Assembly (NCBI GenBank): GCA_041671325.1
Contig: JBAZBR010000002.1
Location: 9,978 to 73,977 of the forward strand
Length of the DNA: 64,000 bases
Source of the DNA: Patescibacteria group bacterium
GTDB lineage: Bacteria > Patescibacteriota > Patescibacteriia > PEXW01
Direction of reading: 5' to 3'
The position numbers and the translations under genes are program-made. This document shows positions 20,599 to 28,406 of this stretch, in pieces; the first letter of the stretch is position 1, and every line of letters starts with the position of its first letter. The notes beneath the pieces were generated by a model. It made no database searches and was not told where the DNA came from. It worked only from the letters and a program-made list of their open reading frames with translations.

Positions 20599-20868
20599 TT
20601 AAATTTCGGATTTAGTAAAATATTCTATCAGCATGGTACGTATTGTCGTTTTACCTTTTGCTGTTTTGAAGTATTTTTCCCTTCGTAGTGCATCATATTT
20701 ATTGGCATAAGCTTCAAAAAAAATTAAATCAAATGGTATACGCGGTTTTGTGGACGGAACCTTGCCTGAATTGTGCTGAATGAGTCGGTTAAATACATTA
20801 TCCGTAAAACCGATATAAAGACGTTTATCGCGCTTGCTTTGTAAAATGTAAACATAGAAATATTTCAT
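20599..20868 (-). CDS. Stand-alone GIY-YIG (URI) nuclease
   Basis: FYVYIL..LYIGFT..RLIQHNSG..STK..E..ALRREKYFK. True start is ATG 20868; the track extension overlaps the tRNA. Confidence 0.9.
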   Translation of the reverse strand: MKYFYVYILQSKRDKRLYIGFTDNVFNRLIQHNSGKVPSTKPRIPFDLIFFEAYANKYDALRREKYFKTAKGKTTIRTMLIEYFTKSEI

Positions 20869-20904
20869 AACATTTATAGTCAATGCAATGCACTGGGTGG
20901 CGGA

Positions 20905-20928
20905 GCCATGCACCGTACGGTGCATGGC
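20905..20928. repeat. Perfect 24-bp palindrome at tRNA-Ser 3' end
   Basis: GCCATGCACCGTACGGTGCATGGC; its 20-bp core recurs at 23040-23059. Confidence 0.9.
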
Positions 20929-21016
20929 GGAGAGTAGAGGATTCGAACCTCTGCGGGACTTTTTAGATCCCCGCGGTTTAGCAAACCGCTGCCTTAAGCC
21001 GCTCGGCCAACTCTCC
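20925..21016 (-). tRNA. tRNA-Ser(GCT)
   Basis: Acceptor GGAGAGT/ACTCTCC-GCCA, anticodon arm GCGGT-TTGCTAA-ACCGC, long variable arm, GGTTCGAATCC. Confidence 0.95.
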
Positions 21017-21092
21017 ACGGATCATCATGAACTTCACCCTTCGCATCCTCGCATTTGCGAGTTTGCTTCGGGTTTCGTTCGTGTGCTCCTCT

Positions 21093-21121
21093 CCCCATTG
21101 ATACCAAAGGTATCAATGGGG
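21093..21121. repeat. CCCCA..TGGGG hairpin family (copies at 21093, 22115, 22176)
   Basis: Three hairpins with conserved outer CCCCA/TGGGG followed by A(C/T)CC and covarying inner stems. Confidence 0.65.
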
Positions 21122-21177
21122 ACCCCTAAAATAAATATTACAAAAGATTCATCCAGAAGTGCTATACTATACCCAGT

Positions 21178-21681
21178 ATGGAACAGCGTACCAATGAATC
21201 CGAATCTATTCAAGACCAGATACTTTTAGAATGGGAATTCCCCTCTTTTGAAAAGCATAAACGGGGCATAGTCTGGTATTTGGTAATGCCGGTTATTTTT
21301 CTTGCGCTTTTAATTTGGACCATAATCATAAAAAATTTCCTTTTCTCAATAATCATAATCTTAATAGGGATTATCCTGGGTTCAAAAGAGTTTGTTCAGC
21401 CCCAAAGGGTAAAATTTTCAATTAAAGAATCTGGCATAATAATTGATGATAAATTTTACCGTTTTCGGGAATTTGATAAGTTTTGGATTGCCTATGAACC
21501 GCCAGAAATTAAAGTTTTGTACTTAGAATTTAAAACCGGGCTGAGGACAAATTATTCAATCCCTTTATTGGATCAAAATCCGCTTAAAGTCAGGACAATT
21601 TTGCAAAAATACATACTTGAAGATTTGGAAAGGGAAAGCGAAGATTTAACTGACCGTCTTGCCAGGCTTTTTAAGTTTTAA
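21178..21681 (+). CDS. Conserved CPR-type membrane protein (DUF5673-like)
   Basis: LEWEFPSF..WY, two TMs, GIIIDDKFY..FW, EDLTDRLARLFKF. Confidence 0.7.
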   Translation: MEQRTNESESIQDQILLEWEFPSFEKHKRGIVWYLVMPVIFLALLIWTIIIKNFLFSIIIILIGIILGSKEFVQPQRVKFSIKESGIIIDDKFYRFREFDKFWIAYEPPEIKVLYLEFKTGLRTNYSIPLLDQNPLKVRTILQKYILEDLERESEDLTDRLARLFKF

Positions 21682-21829
21682 TTAACCTTGCGTGAATATT
21701 CAGGATATGGTACGAAAGTAAGGTTAGATTTTGTGCATTTATTAATTATTTACGCGCTCGTAGTCCCGTCCTCGACTTGCTAAATAAATTAAATCCCTTA
21801 AAAATCAGCATTAGAGAAAATTATTGTGC

Positions 21830-21906
21830 GCGCTCGTAGCTCAGCTGGATAGAGCGCAAGCTTGCGGAGCTTGAGGTCACAGGTTCAACTCCTGTCGAGC
21901 GCACCA
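21830..21906 (+). tRNA. tRNA-Arg(GCG)
   Basis: GCGCTCG/CGAGCGC-ACCA acceptor; anticodon arm CAAGC-TTGCGGA-GCTTG; T arm ACAGG-TTCAACT-CCTGT. Confidence 0.93.
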
Positions 21907-21912
21907 CGCGTC

Positions 21913-22210
21913 AATCCTTGCGTCGGATTACGTGTGCTCATATTTATGAGCCCACTCCCCGCCTGCCTTCGCCAGACGAAGTACGGCGGACAGGCACCCT
22001 CTGCAAGGTTGCCGCTTTTCCTCATCCCGCCGTATGGCGGGACGTGCTCCTCCCCCTCGACTACGCTCGGGGTCGTGCGCGCCTCATTCGCGAGGCGTGT
22101 AAGCAGCCCGCTTACCCCAAATTTTCGATGATAATTTGGGGATCCCTTCTAATGATTTTATAAGCGTGCCGCTTTCCCCATTTCATCTTTGATGAAATGG
22201 GGATCCTAAA
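21913..22210. repeat. Cluster of at least six different short GC-rich palindromes downstream of tRNA-Arg
   Basis: Hairpins near 21958, 22024, 22054, 22078, 22115 and 22176; several recur elsewhere in the window. Confidence 0.75.
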
Positions 22211-22286
22211 ATTTGGAACCCTTAATAACTTAACCGCTATGTCGATTTTTCTCGCACTCAAGTTTTGCCGTGCGGAGTCATTAGTA

Positions 22287-22315
22287 TTGACAAAACAAGA
22301 AAATCCTGCTATCTT
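22287..22315 (+). promoter_or_regulatory. Sigma70-like promoter
   Basis: TTGACA-17 nt-TATCTT with extended TG. Confidence 0.6.
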
Positions 22316-22370
22316 TTAGCATTAACTGTAATTTCAGTAATTTTCTTTCTAACTTGATAGGAGGTCAACA

Positions 22371-22634
22371 ATGGGCTCGCAAAACGCAATGGTGGCTCTG
22401 CGTCGTGGGGAAGAGCTAGATTTAGGAGGCGTCCGAGTTAAGGCGGTTATGATCTCAGACGGAACTTTGGCCGAGGTTAAAGAGGGAGACCTATATGTTG
22501 CTGAACGCAACACTGGCCCTCATTTGCTGATAGCGGCCAAGATAGTGCCTCCTGGTCACGGAGGCTTTATTGTGCCAACAACGCCGGATTACGCTTTCGA
22601 TATCTGTGATTGCGTGGCGGTTGTCGAAGCCTAA
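22371..22634 (+). CDS. Hypothetical orphan protein
   Basis: AGGAGGT RBS, own promoter and terminator. Confidence 0.7.
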   Translation: MGSQNAMVALRRGEELDLGGVRVKAVMISDGTLAEVKEGDLYVAERNTGPHLLIAAKIVPPGHGGFIVPTTPDYAFDICDCVAVVEA

Positions 22635-22646
22635 CGCCCAGTCCCT

Positions 22647-22686
22647 ACCCGCCAGATTTTTTAGTCTGGCGGGTTTTCTCTTTTTA
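22647..22686 (+). terminator. Rho-independent terminator
   Basis: ACCCGCCAGA..TCTGGCGGGT followed by T tract. Confidence 0.8.
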
Positions 22687-22755
22687 TTTCAAGGTAAATG
22701 ATTTATCATACATTTACTGTTCACCGAATAGATTAGCCTGAGTCGGCTCTAAATT

Positions 22756-23041
22756 GGAGGCGTGCGAGAGTGGTTTAATCGGATGGTCTTGTCCTGCAGC
22801 GTGGCGGAGGGTTGGCCGAGTGGTCTATGGCGACGGTCTTGAAAACCGTTAGGGCGCAAGTCCTCGTAGGTTCGAATCCTACACCCTCCGCCACGAGTCG
22901 GGATCCCGCAGTCCTATATAAAAGATTTCTAAGAGCGGGAAAAACCCTGCCTGCCGGCAGGCAGGCGTTAGTGCGCAAGTCCTCGTAGGTTCGCCTGCCC
23001 GCCAAAGCGAAGCGTCGGCAGGAATCCCTCTCTCTCCGCCA
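22756..23041 (+). pseudogene. Fragmented tRNA-Ser(TGA)-like gene: 5' half 22756-22791, 3' half 22941-23041 with two palindromic inserts
   Basis: 5' half GGAGGCGTGCGAGAGTGGTTTAATCGGATGGTCTTG. With inserts removed the 3' half reads AAAACCGTTAGTGCGCAAGTCCTCGTAGGTTCGAATCCCTCTCTCTCCGCCA. Confidence 0.75.
22806..22893 (+). tRNA. tRNA-Ser(TGA)
   Basis: GGAGGGT/ACCCTCC-GCCA acceptor, ACGGT-CTTGAAA-ACCGT anticodon arm, GTAGG-TTCGAAT-CCTAC T arm. Confidence 0.95.
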
Positions 23042-23124
23042 TGCACCGTACGGTGCATGACTCCGCAAGGACAATTTAGTATCGGATGACCCACGTGTCT
23101 CAAAAATTAAATTAAAAGAGATCT

Positions 23125-23691
23125 ATGAATAAAGAAATTCATAACTGTTTAAATATTCAATCAAAGCCACTTTCTTTCTTTTTTCAGAAAGGGTCGAGTA
23201 CTTTAGGCAAGAAAGTCCTTATACTTGGTGAATCTTTGGCAAGAAACGGCTGGTTAGAGTCAGGAAGGGCATTTTATAGTTTACAAAATAAGATTGTCCC
23301 AACCGGCAAACGCTTAAATGAAGAGCTATTGCTAATTCATATGACCCTTGAAGAATGTGCTTTTACAGAGATTGCAAAATGTTATATTAGTAGCAATCGA
23401 AAAAGGCTTGTAGAGTGCGGGTCTTTATGTGCTAGACACCTTCTGGAACAAATACATCACAATAAACCAAAGGTAATTTTATCCTTGGGGGTAGTTACAA
23501 AAGATATTCTGGAATCAACCTTTCAAACTAAATTACAAATGGGTAAGGCGAGTGAAGTTGTTTATAAAACCAAAAAATACTTACTTTTACCACTATTCCA
23601 CCCATCACCAGCAAACCCATTTGGGCATGCAAAAAATATCACAATAATTAATCGTAATAAAAATACACTAAAAAAATTAATTGGAGAGTAA
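23125..23691 (+). CDS. Uracil-DNA glycosylase superfamily protein
   Basis: VLILGES motif A, TEIAKC, KPKVILSLG, LFHPSP motif B; AT-rich. Confidence 0.75.
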   Translation: MNKEIHNCLNIQSKPLSFFFQKGSSTLGKKVLILGESLARNGWLESGRAFYSLQNKIVPTGKRLNEELLLIHMTLEECAFTEIAKCYISSNRKRLVECGSLCARHLLEQIHHNKPKVILSLGVVTKDILESTFQTKLQMGKASEVVYKTKKYLLLPLFHPSPANPFGHAKNITIINRNKNTLKKLIGE

Positions 23692-23847
23692 CCCCACGTC
23701 TCTCTTGTCTAATTTTAAACAACATAAAACCGGCTCAGCACCTGTTTTATGAAAATAAATTTTAAGCCACTGCTGGTGCAGTAAACTGGCTATTGTAAAG
23801 CGAAGCGTCGGCGGGAAGCCTTCTCTTTCAGTAACCGTAATTTAGCC

Positions 23848-23876
23848 TTGACAATAAGTCAAAATAGATTTATATT
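23848..23876 (+). promoter_or_regulatory. Sigma70-like promoter
   Basis: TTGACA-17 nt-TATATT. Confidence 0.6.
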
Positions 23877-23917
23877 TGTTTGAAAACATTTGTTCATTTT
23901 TTGACAAGGAGAAGAAC

Positions 23918-24316
23918 ATGTATCGTACGCGCGTGGCCAGCATAACGCTGGTGTTGCTGTCCGTAATGACTTTTTACGGATGTTCAATATTTCAGTCGGA
24001 TCCAATTTGGCGTTCGAATGATGGGCAAGTGTCGCTAAATATTGACAGCTTGGTGACTGCCGGGATGATCTCTGAGCAGCACCTAGCCAAGGGACTGCCC
24101 ACGGCTGACGGGATCTTTGACCAGTACAGTGTTGTACTGCCCCTTGATCGCGATGGAAACCTCAAACTAAGCATGGAAGACGTGGCATTGATTGATCGGG
24201 TTAAGGAGGCGTACGAAATTCAGGCCAAAACCATGAGGATCTACAATTGGCAAACCTGGAGAAACCAGAATGGGACAATACTGGGTGTAAGCTATTTCGT
24301 TGGCTCAAGGATCTAG
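23918..24316 (+). CDS. Hypothetical lipoprotein
   Basis: AAGGAG RBS before ATG 23918; signal peptide ending FYGC; terminator-like hairpin near 24338-24364. Confidence 0.7.
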   Translation: MYRTRVASITLVLLSVMTFYGCSIFQSDPIWRSNDGQVSLNIDSLVTAGMISEQHLAKGLPTADGIFDQYSVVLPLDRDGNLKLSMEDVALIDRVKEAYEIQAKTMRIYNWQTWRNQNGTILGVSYFVGSRI

Positions 24317-24512
24317 TCTTGCTTTTAAGTCAAACAAAAAAGCGGAGCAACAAGCCCCGCTTTTATATTGCCTGATTTATGGGTCGAAAAATTTAAACTA
24401 CTACTGGCGCGGTAAACTGGCAATTGCAGAACGAAGCGTTAAGGGGAATTTTTAAGATCCCGCCGCATGGCGGAGCTACGCCCCCTGCCATCGTTTTGCG
24501 TTTTTACTATAA

Positions 24513-25727
24513 TTACCTGGTAATAACCCTTCGGAAAGTCGGAACGGCTATGGCAATCATGACTAAGCCGAAGATGGACAAGATTAACACTTCAGTCCAA
24601 ACCGAACTTAAGCCCGCCCCCAAAACAATTACTTTGCGCAAAGCCGTGGCTTCATAAGTCAAGGGAATGGCTTTTGAGATGTATTGCATGACGTGCGGCA
24701 TTTGTTGGATGGGGAAGAAAGTGCCGGAGAGGAACATCATGGGGAATTGCAAAGTCATCATGATGCTCATGGCTGTTTCTTGGGCCGTGGCCACTGCCGA
24801 AACCAAAATACCAATGCCCATAAAGGCAAAGACGCCTAAAAATAAAAGTAAAATCATGACCAGCCAATTGCCATAAACATGCACGCCGAATATCAGGATT
24901 GCCAAGAGCAGGACAATCATGCCTTGGACCATGCCGCGGGCAGTTTGGGCAAAGGCTTTGCCTAAGATAATTGATAAGCGCGAGATTGGCGCGATCAATA
25001 AGCCATCCATCGTGCCCGATTCCTTTTCCCTGGAAACCGAAACAGCCAAGCCAGTCATAACCGACATCATAACGATTAGCGCCATAATGCCAGGAGCAAT
25101 GAACTGGAAGTAGTTAGTTTTACCCGGAATCAAATTATCAATTTTGGATTGGATGGGCTGGATGATTGTTGCCGGATCCAAATTTGCCATTTGCGGATTG
25201 ACTTTACCCGTGAGCTTGATAATCTCCCCAATCTTGGTTTCAGCAACACCGGTGGACATGCTATTGACTACCTGCTGAATCATTTGTGTCAGGATGGAAG
25301 AAATTTGCGGATTAGATTGGTCGGGGATGATGCTAATCTCGGCAGTTGTATTGTTTAGAACATTTTGGGAAAAGTCCGCTGGAATGAAAATGCCGCCATT
25401 AATTTTTTGGTCTTTTATAGCTTTTTTAATTGCTTCATTGTCAGGATAAATTTTGATGGTAAAAACTTTTTCATCGTTGGAGATTTTCATGTCTGAAAAA
25501 ACCTGGACTAAAGTTTGGCTAATTTGCCCCTGGTCCTGGTTGGCAATGCCCATGGGGATGTTTTTTAGGGAGTTTTCCGAGGGGTAAATGAAACCAGTCA
25601 TGATCATCATAAAAACCGGCATGATTATAAAGAATATTAATTGCATCCGGTCTCGGGAAAAATCAACCAAGTCTTTAGAAGCGATCCGCAAGCTGTCTTT
25701 AAGGGTCGTAAAAAAATTATTTTTCAT
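24513..25727 (-). CDS. ABC-2 type transporter permease
   Basis: REKESGTMDGLLIAPIS, FLSGTFFP, multi-TM with an extracellular domain. Confidence 0.9.
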   Translation of the reverse strand: MKNNFFTTLKDSLRIASKDLVDFSRDRMQLIFFIIMPVFMMIMTGFIYPSENSLKNIPMGIANQDQGQISQTLVQVFSDMKISNDEKVFTIKIYPDNEAIKKAIKDQKINGGIFIPADFSQNVLNNTTAEISIIPDQSNPQISSILTQMIQQVVNSMSTGVAETKIGEIIKLTGKVNPQMANLDPATIIQPIQSKIDNLIPGKTNYFQFIAPGIMALIVMMSVMTGLAVSVSREKESGTMDGLLIAPISRLSIILGKAFAQTARGMVQGMIVLLLAILIFGVHVYGNWLVMILLLFLGVFAFMGIGILVSAVATAQETAMSIMMTLQFPMMFLSGTFFPIQQMPHVMQYISKAIPLTYEATALRKVIVLGAGLSSVWTEVLILSIFGLVMIAIAVPTFRRVITR

Positions 25728-25740
25728 ATTAAGTTAGTGG

Positions 25741-26547
25741 TTATCGGACTCGGGATTTTGCCCCAAATATATGGTCGCTAACAGAAGAAACATCTCCGTG
25801 GGTTTCTTCACGCATGTCCCGGCCAGTTAAAGCCAGGAAAACATCTTCCAAGCTGGCGTTTGGTTTCTGATTGGCTTTTTTTAGATTAGCGGGCGTGTCA
25901 ACCGCGATTATTCTGCCGTGGTCAATTATGGCGATAGTATCCGAAAGTTCATCAGCTTCAGGCATGATATGGGTGGTTAAAATCACAGTAACGCCGTGAG
26001 CATGGAGATCTTTGATAAAATCCCTAATCGAACGGGAAGTTTGCGGATCCAGGCCTAAAGTCGGTTCGTCCAGAAACATCACTTCTGGCTCGGTTAAAAG
26101 CGCCCGGGCAATATTAACCCTTTGCTTCATGCCCGTGGAAAAAGTCCCGACCATTTTATCTTGCCATTTATCCATTTCCAGGGTTGTTAACCATTTTTCC
26201 GCGCGTTCTTGAGCCGTGCTTTTGGGAATATGGTAAAGCTTGCCGAAAAATTTCAAGTTTTCTAACGCAGTCAGGCGATCATAAAGAATTATTTTTTCAG
26301 CCACCAAACCAATATGTTCTCGGACGTCGCCAGCCTGGGTTGTAATATTATGCCCGGCAACAAAGGCTTGGCCAGAAGTCGGTCGGATTAAAGTGGTTAA
26401 CATGCGAATGGTGGTGGATTTGCCCGCACCGTTCGGCCCTAAAAAACCGAAGATTTCGCCTTTTTTTACCTTGAAGCTGATGTTGTCTACAGCCGTAAAT
26501 TCTTTGAATTTTTTGGTTAAGTTGCTTACTTCAATGACGTTTTCCAT
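25741..26547 (-). CDS. ABC transporter ATP-binding protein (DrrA-like)
   Basis: GPNGAGKST, FSTGMKQR, LDEPT, TTH. Confidence 0.95.
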   Translation of the reverse strand: MENVIEVSNLTKKFKEFTAVDNISFKVKKGEIFGFLGPNGAGKSTTIRMLTTLIRPTSGQAFVAGHNITTQAGDVREHIGLVAEKIILYDRLTALENLKFFGKLYHIPKSTAQERAEKWLTTLEMDKWQDKMVGTFSTGMKQRVNIARALLTEPEVMFLDEPTLGLDPQTSRSIRDFIKDLHAHGVTVILTTHIMPEADELSDTIAIIDHGRIIAVDTPANLKKANQKPNASLEDVFLALTGRDMREETHGDVSSVSDHIFGAKSRVR

Positions 26548-26555
26548 ATTTTTTA

Positions 26556-26807
26556 TTAAGCTAATTTACCTTTCATTTGCTGTTTGAACTTGGAAATATT
26601 CTTAGTGAAACTTGAAGCCATTTTTTCCAAAACGCTGTCTAATTCAAAAGCCCGGATGATGTGTATGACTCGGCCATGGCCAAAGAAGATGAATTCCTCG
26701 TTTGGTTTAATATCCAAGGCCTTGCGGGCTTTGGCTGGGATAACAATCTGGCCGCGCTGGCCCATGGTACCAGAGCCGTATATAAACATTTTTGGGGGAT
26801 TAAACAT
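26556..26807 (-). CDS. AbrB/MazE/SpoVT family DNA-binding protein
   Basis: TMGQRGQIVIPAKARKALDI motif; likely ATG at 26807. Confidence 0.85.
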   Translation of the reverse strand: MFNPPKMFIYGSGTMGQRGQIVIPAKARKALDIKPNEEFIFFGHGRVIHIIRAFELDSVLEKMASSFTKNISKFKQQMKGKLA

Positions 26808-26831
26808 ATATTTTTGCTTTAATAACAAAAA

Positions 26832-26882
26832 TCATACTTTTCATACATTTCATACCTTAGCTTATGCCAAAAATACTGTCAA
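26832..26882 (-). promoter_or_regulatory. Promoter plus three direct repeats (putative operator)
   Basis: TTGACA-17-TAAGGT on the minus strand; GTATGA three times at 9-nt period (26832-26855). Confidence 0.6.
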
Positions 26883-26936
26883 GCATAGAAATATTGAATA
26901 ATTTACTGTCATAGTCCTAATTGGTAGAATTAATTC

Positions 26937-27395
26937 ATGAAAAAAGAACAAAAAGCCTGGTTTCAGGTTTCGCTTAAGGTTTTATTAGTCAATTCTCGGG
27001 GCAAAATTTTAATTCTTAAAGCTGCTAAGAGTGGCTCATTCCAAGGCTATTATGATTTGCCCGGCGGCAGGATTAATGTTGGGGAAATTAAAAAACCAAT
27101 CGCAGGTTTAATTAGGAGGGAAATAAAAGAAGAAGTTGGAGAAATTAAGTATGAATTACAACCAACGCCTGTCGCCTTTGGCAGACACGTAATACCTGCC
27201 AAGTTCAATTCAAGCAAAAAGCCAATAAATGTCTTTTATGTGTTTTTTATTGCTAAGTATAAAGGCGAGAAAATAAAAATCAGTCGAGAGCATCAGGGTT
27301 TTAAATGGGTCAACTTGAGTAAAATAAAACTTGAAAAATATTTCAAATCAGGGATTTTAGAGGGAGTAAAAAAATATACCTCCTCTCCTATATAG
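26937..27395 (+). CDS. NUDIX hydrolase
   Basis: DLPGGRINVGE..IRREIKEEVG Nudix box; ISREH..W. Confidence 0.9.
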   Translation: MKKEQKAWFQVSLKVLLVNSRGKILILKAAKSGSFQGYYDLPGGRINVGEIKKPIAGLIRREIKEEVGEIKYELQPTPVAFGRHVIPAKFNSSKKPINVFYVFFIAKYKGEKIKISREHQGFKWVNLSKIKLEKYFKSGILEGVKKYTSSPI

Positions 27396-27496
27396 GAGAG
27401 GAGCCCCCGGCCGCGGGGGCAGGTGAGGTTGGCTAATAAACTTACTCATTTTTTTCAGAGTACCCTCACCCCAAACCCTCTCCCAGAGGGAGAGGG
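27380..27496. mobile_element. Empty copy of DUF559-type element overlapping the NUDIX stop codon
   Basis: CTCCTCTCCTATATAGGAGAGGAG..AGGTGAGG / CCCTCACCCCAAACCCTCTCCCAGAGGGAGAGGG; spacer resembles that of the 4630 copy. Confidence 0.8.
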
Positions 27497-27515
27497 GGAA
27501 GAAAAGCCGCCTTAT

Positions 27516-27677
27516 TCAGGCGGCTTTGGGCTTTCCTAGGTTTGATAAACCCCGGTAAAGTTTTAGGGCAAGGACCTTGATAAAGTCGCCAGTGATTAGC
27601 GTTAGTAAGTCATAGATTGCCAGTAGGATCAGAATCCCTAAAACCAAGCCGACTGTTTTTAGTGCAATGTCCCACAT
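27516..27677 (-). CDS. 53-aa small membrane protein (not in ORF track)
   Basis: GGGGAGGT RBS; MWDIALKTVGLVLGILILLAIYDLLTLITGDFIKVLALKLYRGLSNLGKPKAA*; hairpin 27503-27527 at its end. Confidence 0.6.
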   Translation of the reverse strand: MWDIALKTVGLVLGILILLAIYDLLTLITGDFIKVLALKLYRGLSNLGKPKAA

Positions 27678-27742
27678 TTTTTACCTCCCCGATTTTTTTG
27701 ATTTTCTAAAGGAATTATAATTTAAATTAGCCTATCAGTCCA

Positions 27743-28399
27743 TTACCCCCTAGCTACGGTAATTCCAATAATCGGCACTTGGCTGAATTTCCGAATCGCC
27801 AAAGCGGCTTCTAAAAAAGTTGAGCCGGTAGTGGTAACATCATCAAGTAAAATTATTCTCTTTGCATTAATATCGCTTTGATAAACAAAAGCTTCTTTAA
27901 GGTTTGTTCGTCTTTCTTCGCCAGTACATTCCACCTGGGGTTTGGTGTTGCGGATTCGCTTGAGGTTTTGATTGGTCGGAATATTAAATTCCCTAGATAA
28001 TTTTTTTGCCATTAACTCGCTTTGGTTAAAGCCGCGTTCCCTTTGGCGGGTCGGGTGCAATGGAATGGGGATTAACTCGTCATCGGGTACGAAAAAATTT
28101 TGTAAGTTTGATATAAGCCATTCAGCCAAGATGTCGCTGACTGAAAAAATCCCGTCATATTTCAAGGCGTGGATTAATTTTTGGACTAAAGGTTCATCAA
28201 AATTCGCCACGGTTACCGTGGTTTGGATTGGCTCGGGCCCGGGCGTGGCCTTTAATTCAATTTTGACTTTGGCTAAACAATCAGCACAAGCAATCATCCC
28301 AATTCTTTTGCAGCCCAAACACCTTAAAGGCGCAATGGCATCCAAGATAAATTTACCGCCTAAATCAAATTGCTGGCGGAATTTTTGGATGATTGCCAT
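27743..28399 (-). CDS. comF: ComF family phosphoribosyltransferase-like competence protein
   Basis: CxxC..CxxC, IPLH..RERGFNQS, LLDDVTTTGST. Confidence 0.9.
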   Translation of the reverse strand: MAIIQKFRQQFDLGGKFILDAIAPLRCLGCKRIGMIACADCLAKVKIELKATPGPEPIQTTVTVANFDEPLVQKLIHALKYDGIFSVSDILAEWLISNLQNFFVPDDELIPIPLHPTRQRERGFNQSELMAKKLSREFNIPTNQNLKRIRNTKPQVECTGEERRTNLKEAFVYQSDINAKRIILLDDVTTTGSTFLEAALAIRKFSQVPIIGITVARG

Positions 28400-28406
28400 T
28401 AGTTTT

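Noticed and set aside
20869-21018. N-terminal extension of the GIY-YIG ORF in the track (MESWPSG..)
   Set aside because: It is a translation of tRNA-Ser(GCT) and the palindrome; the real start is ATG 20868.
21862-23103. ORFs 21862, 21918, 22775 and 22879
   Set aside because: They overlap tRNAs and GC-rich palindromes; open frames are a by-product of the repeats.
23087-23704. Short CCCACGT(G/C)TCTC repeats flanking the UDG gene as attC-like sites
   Set aside because: Only about 12 bp, with no attC structure or integrase; too weak to call.
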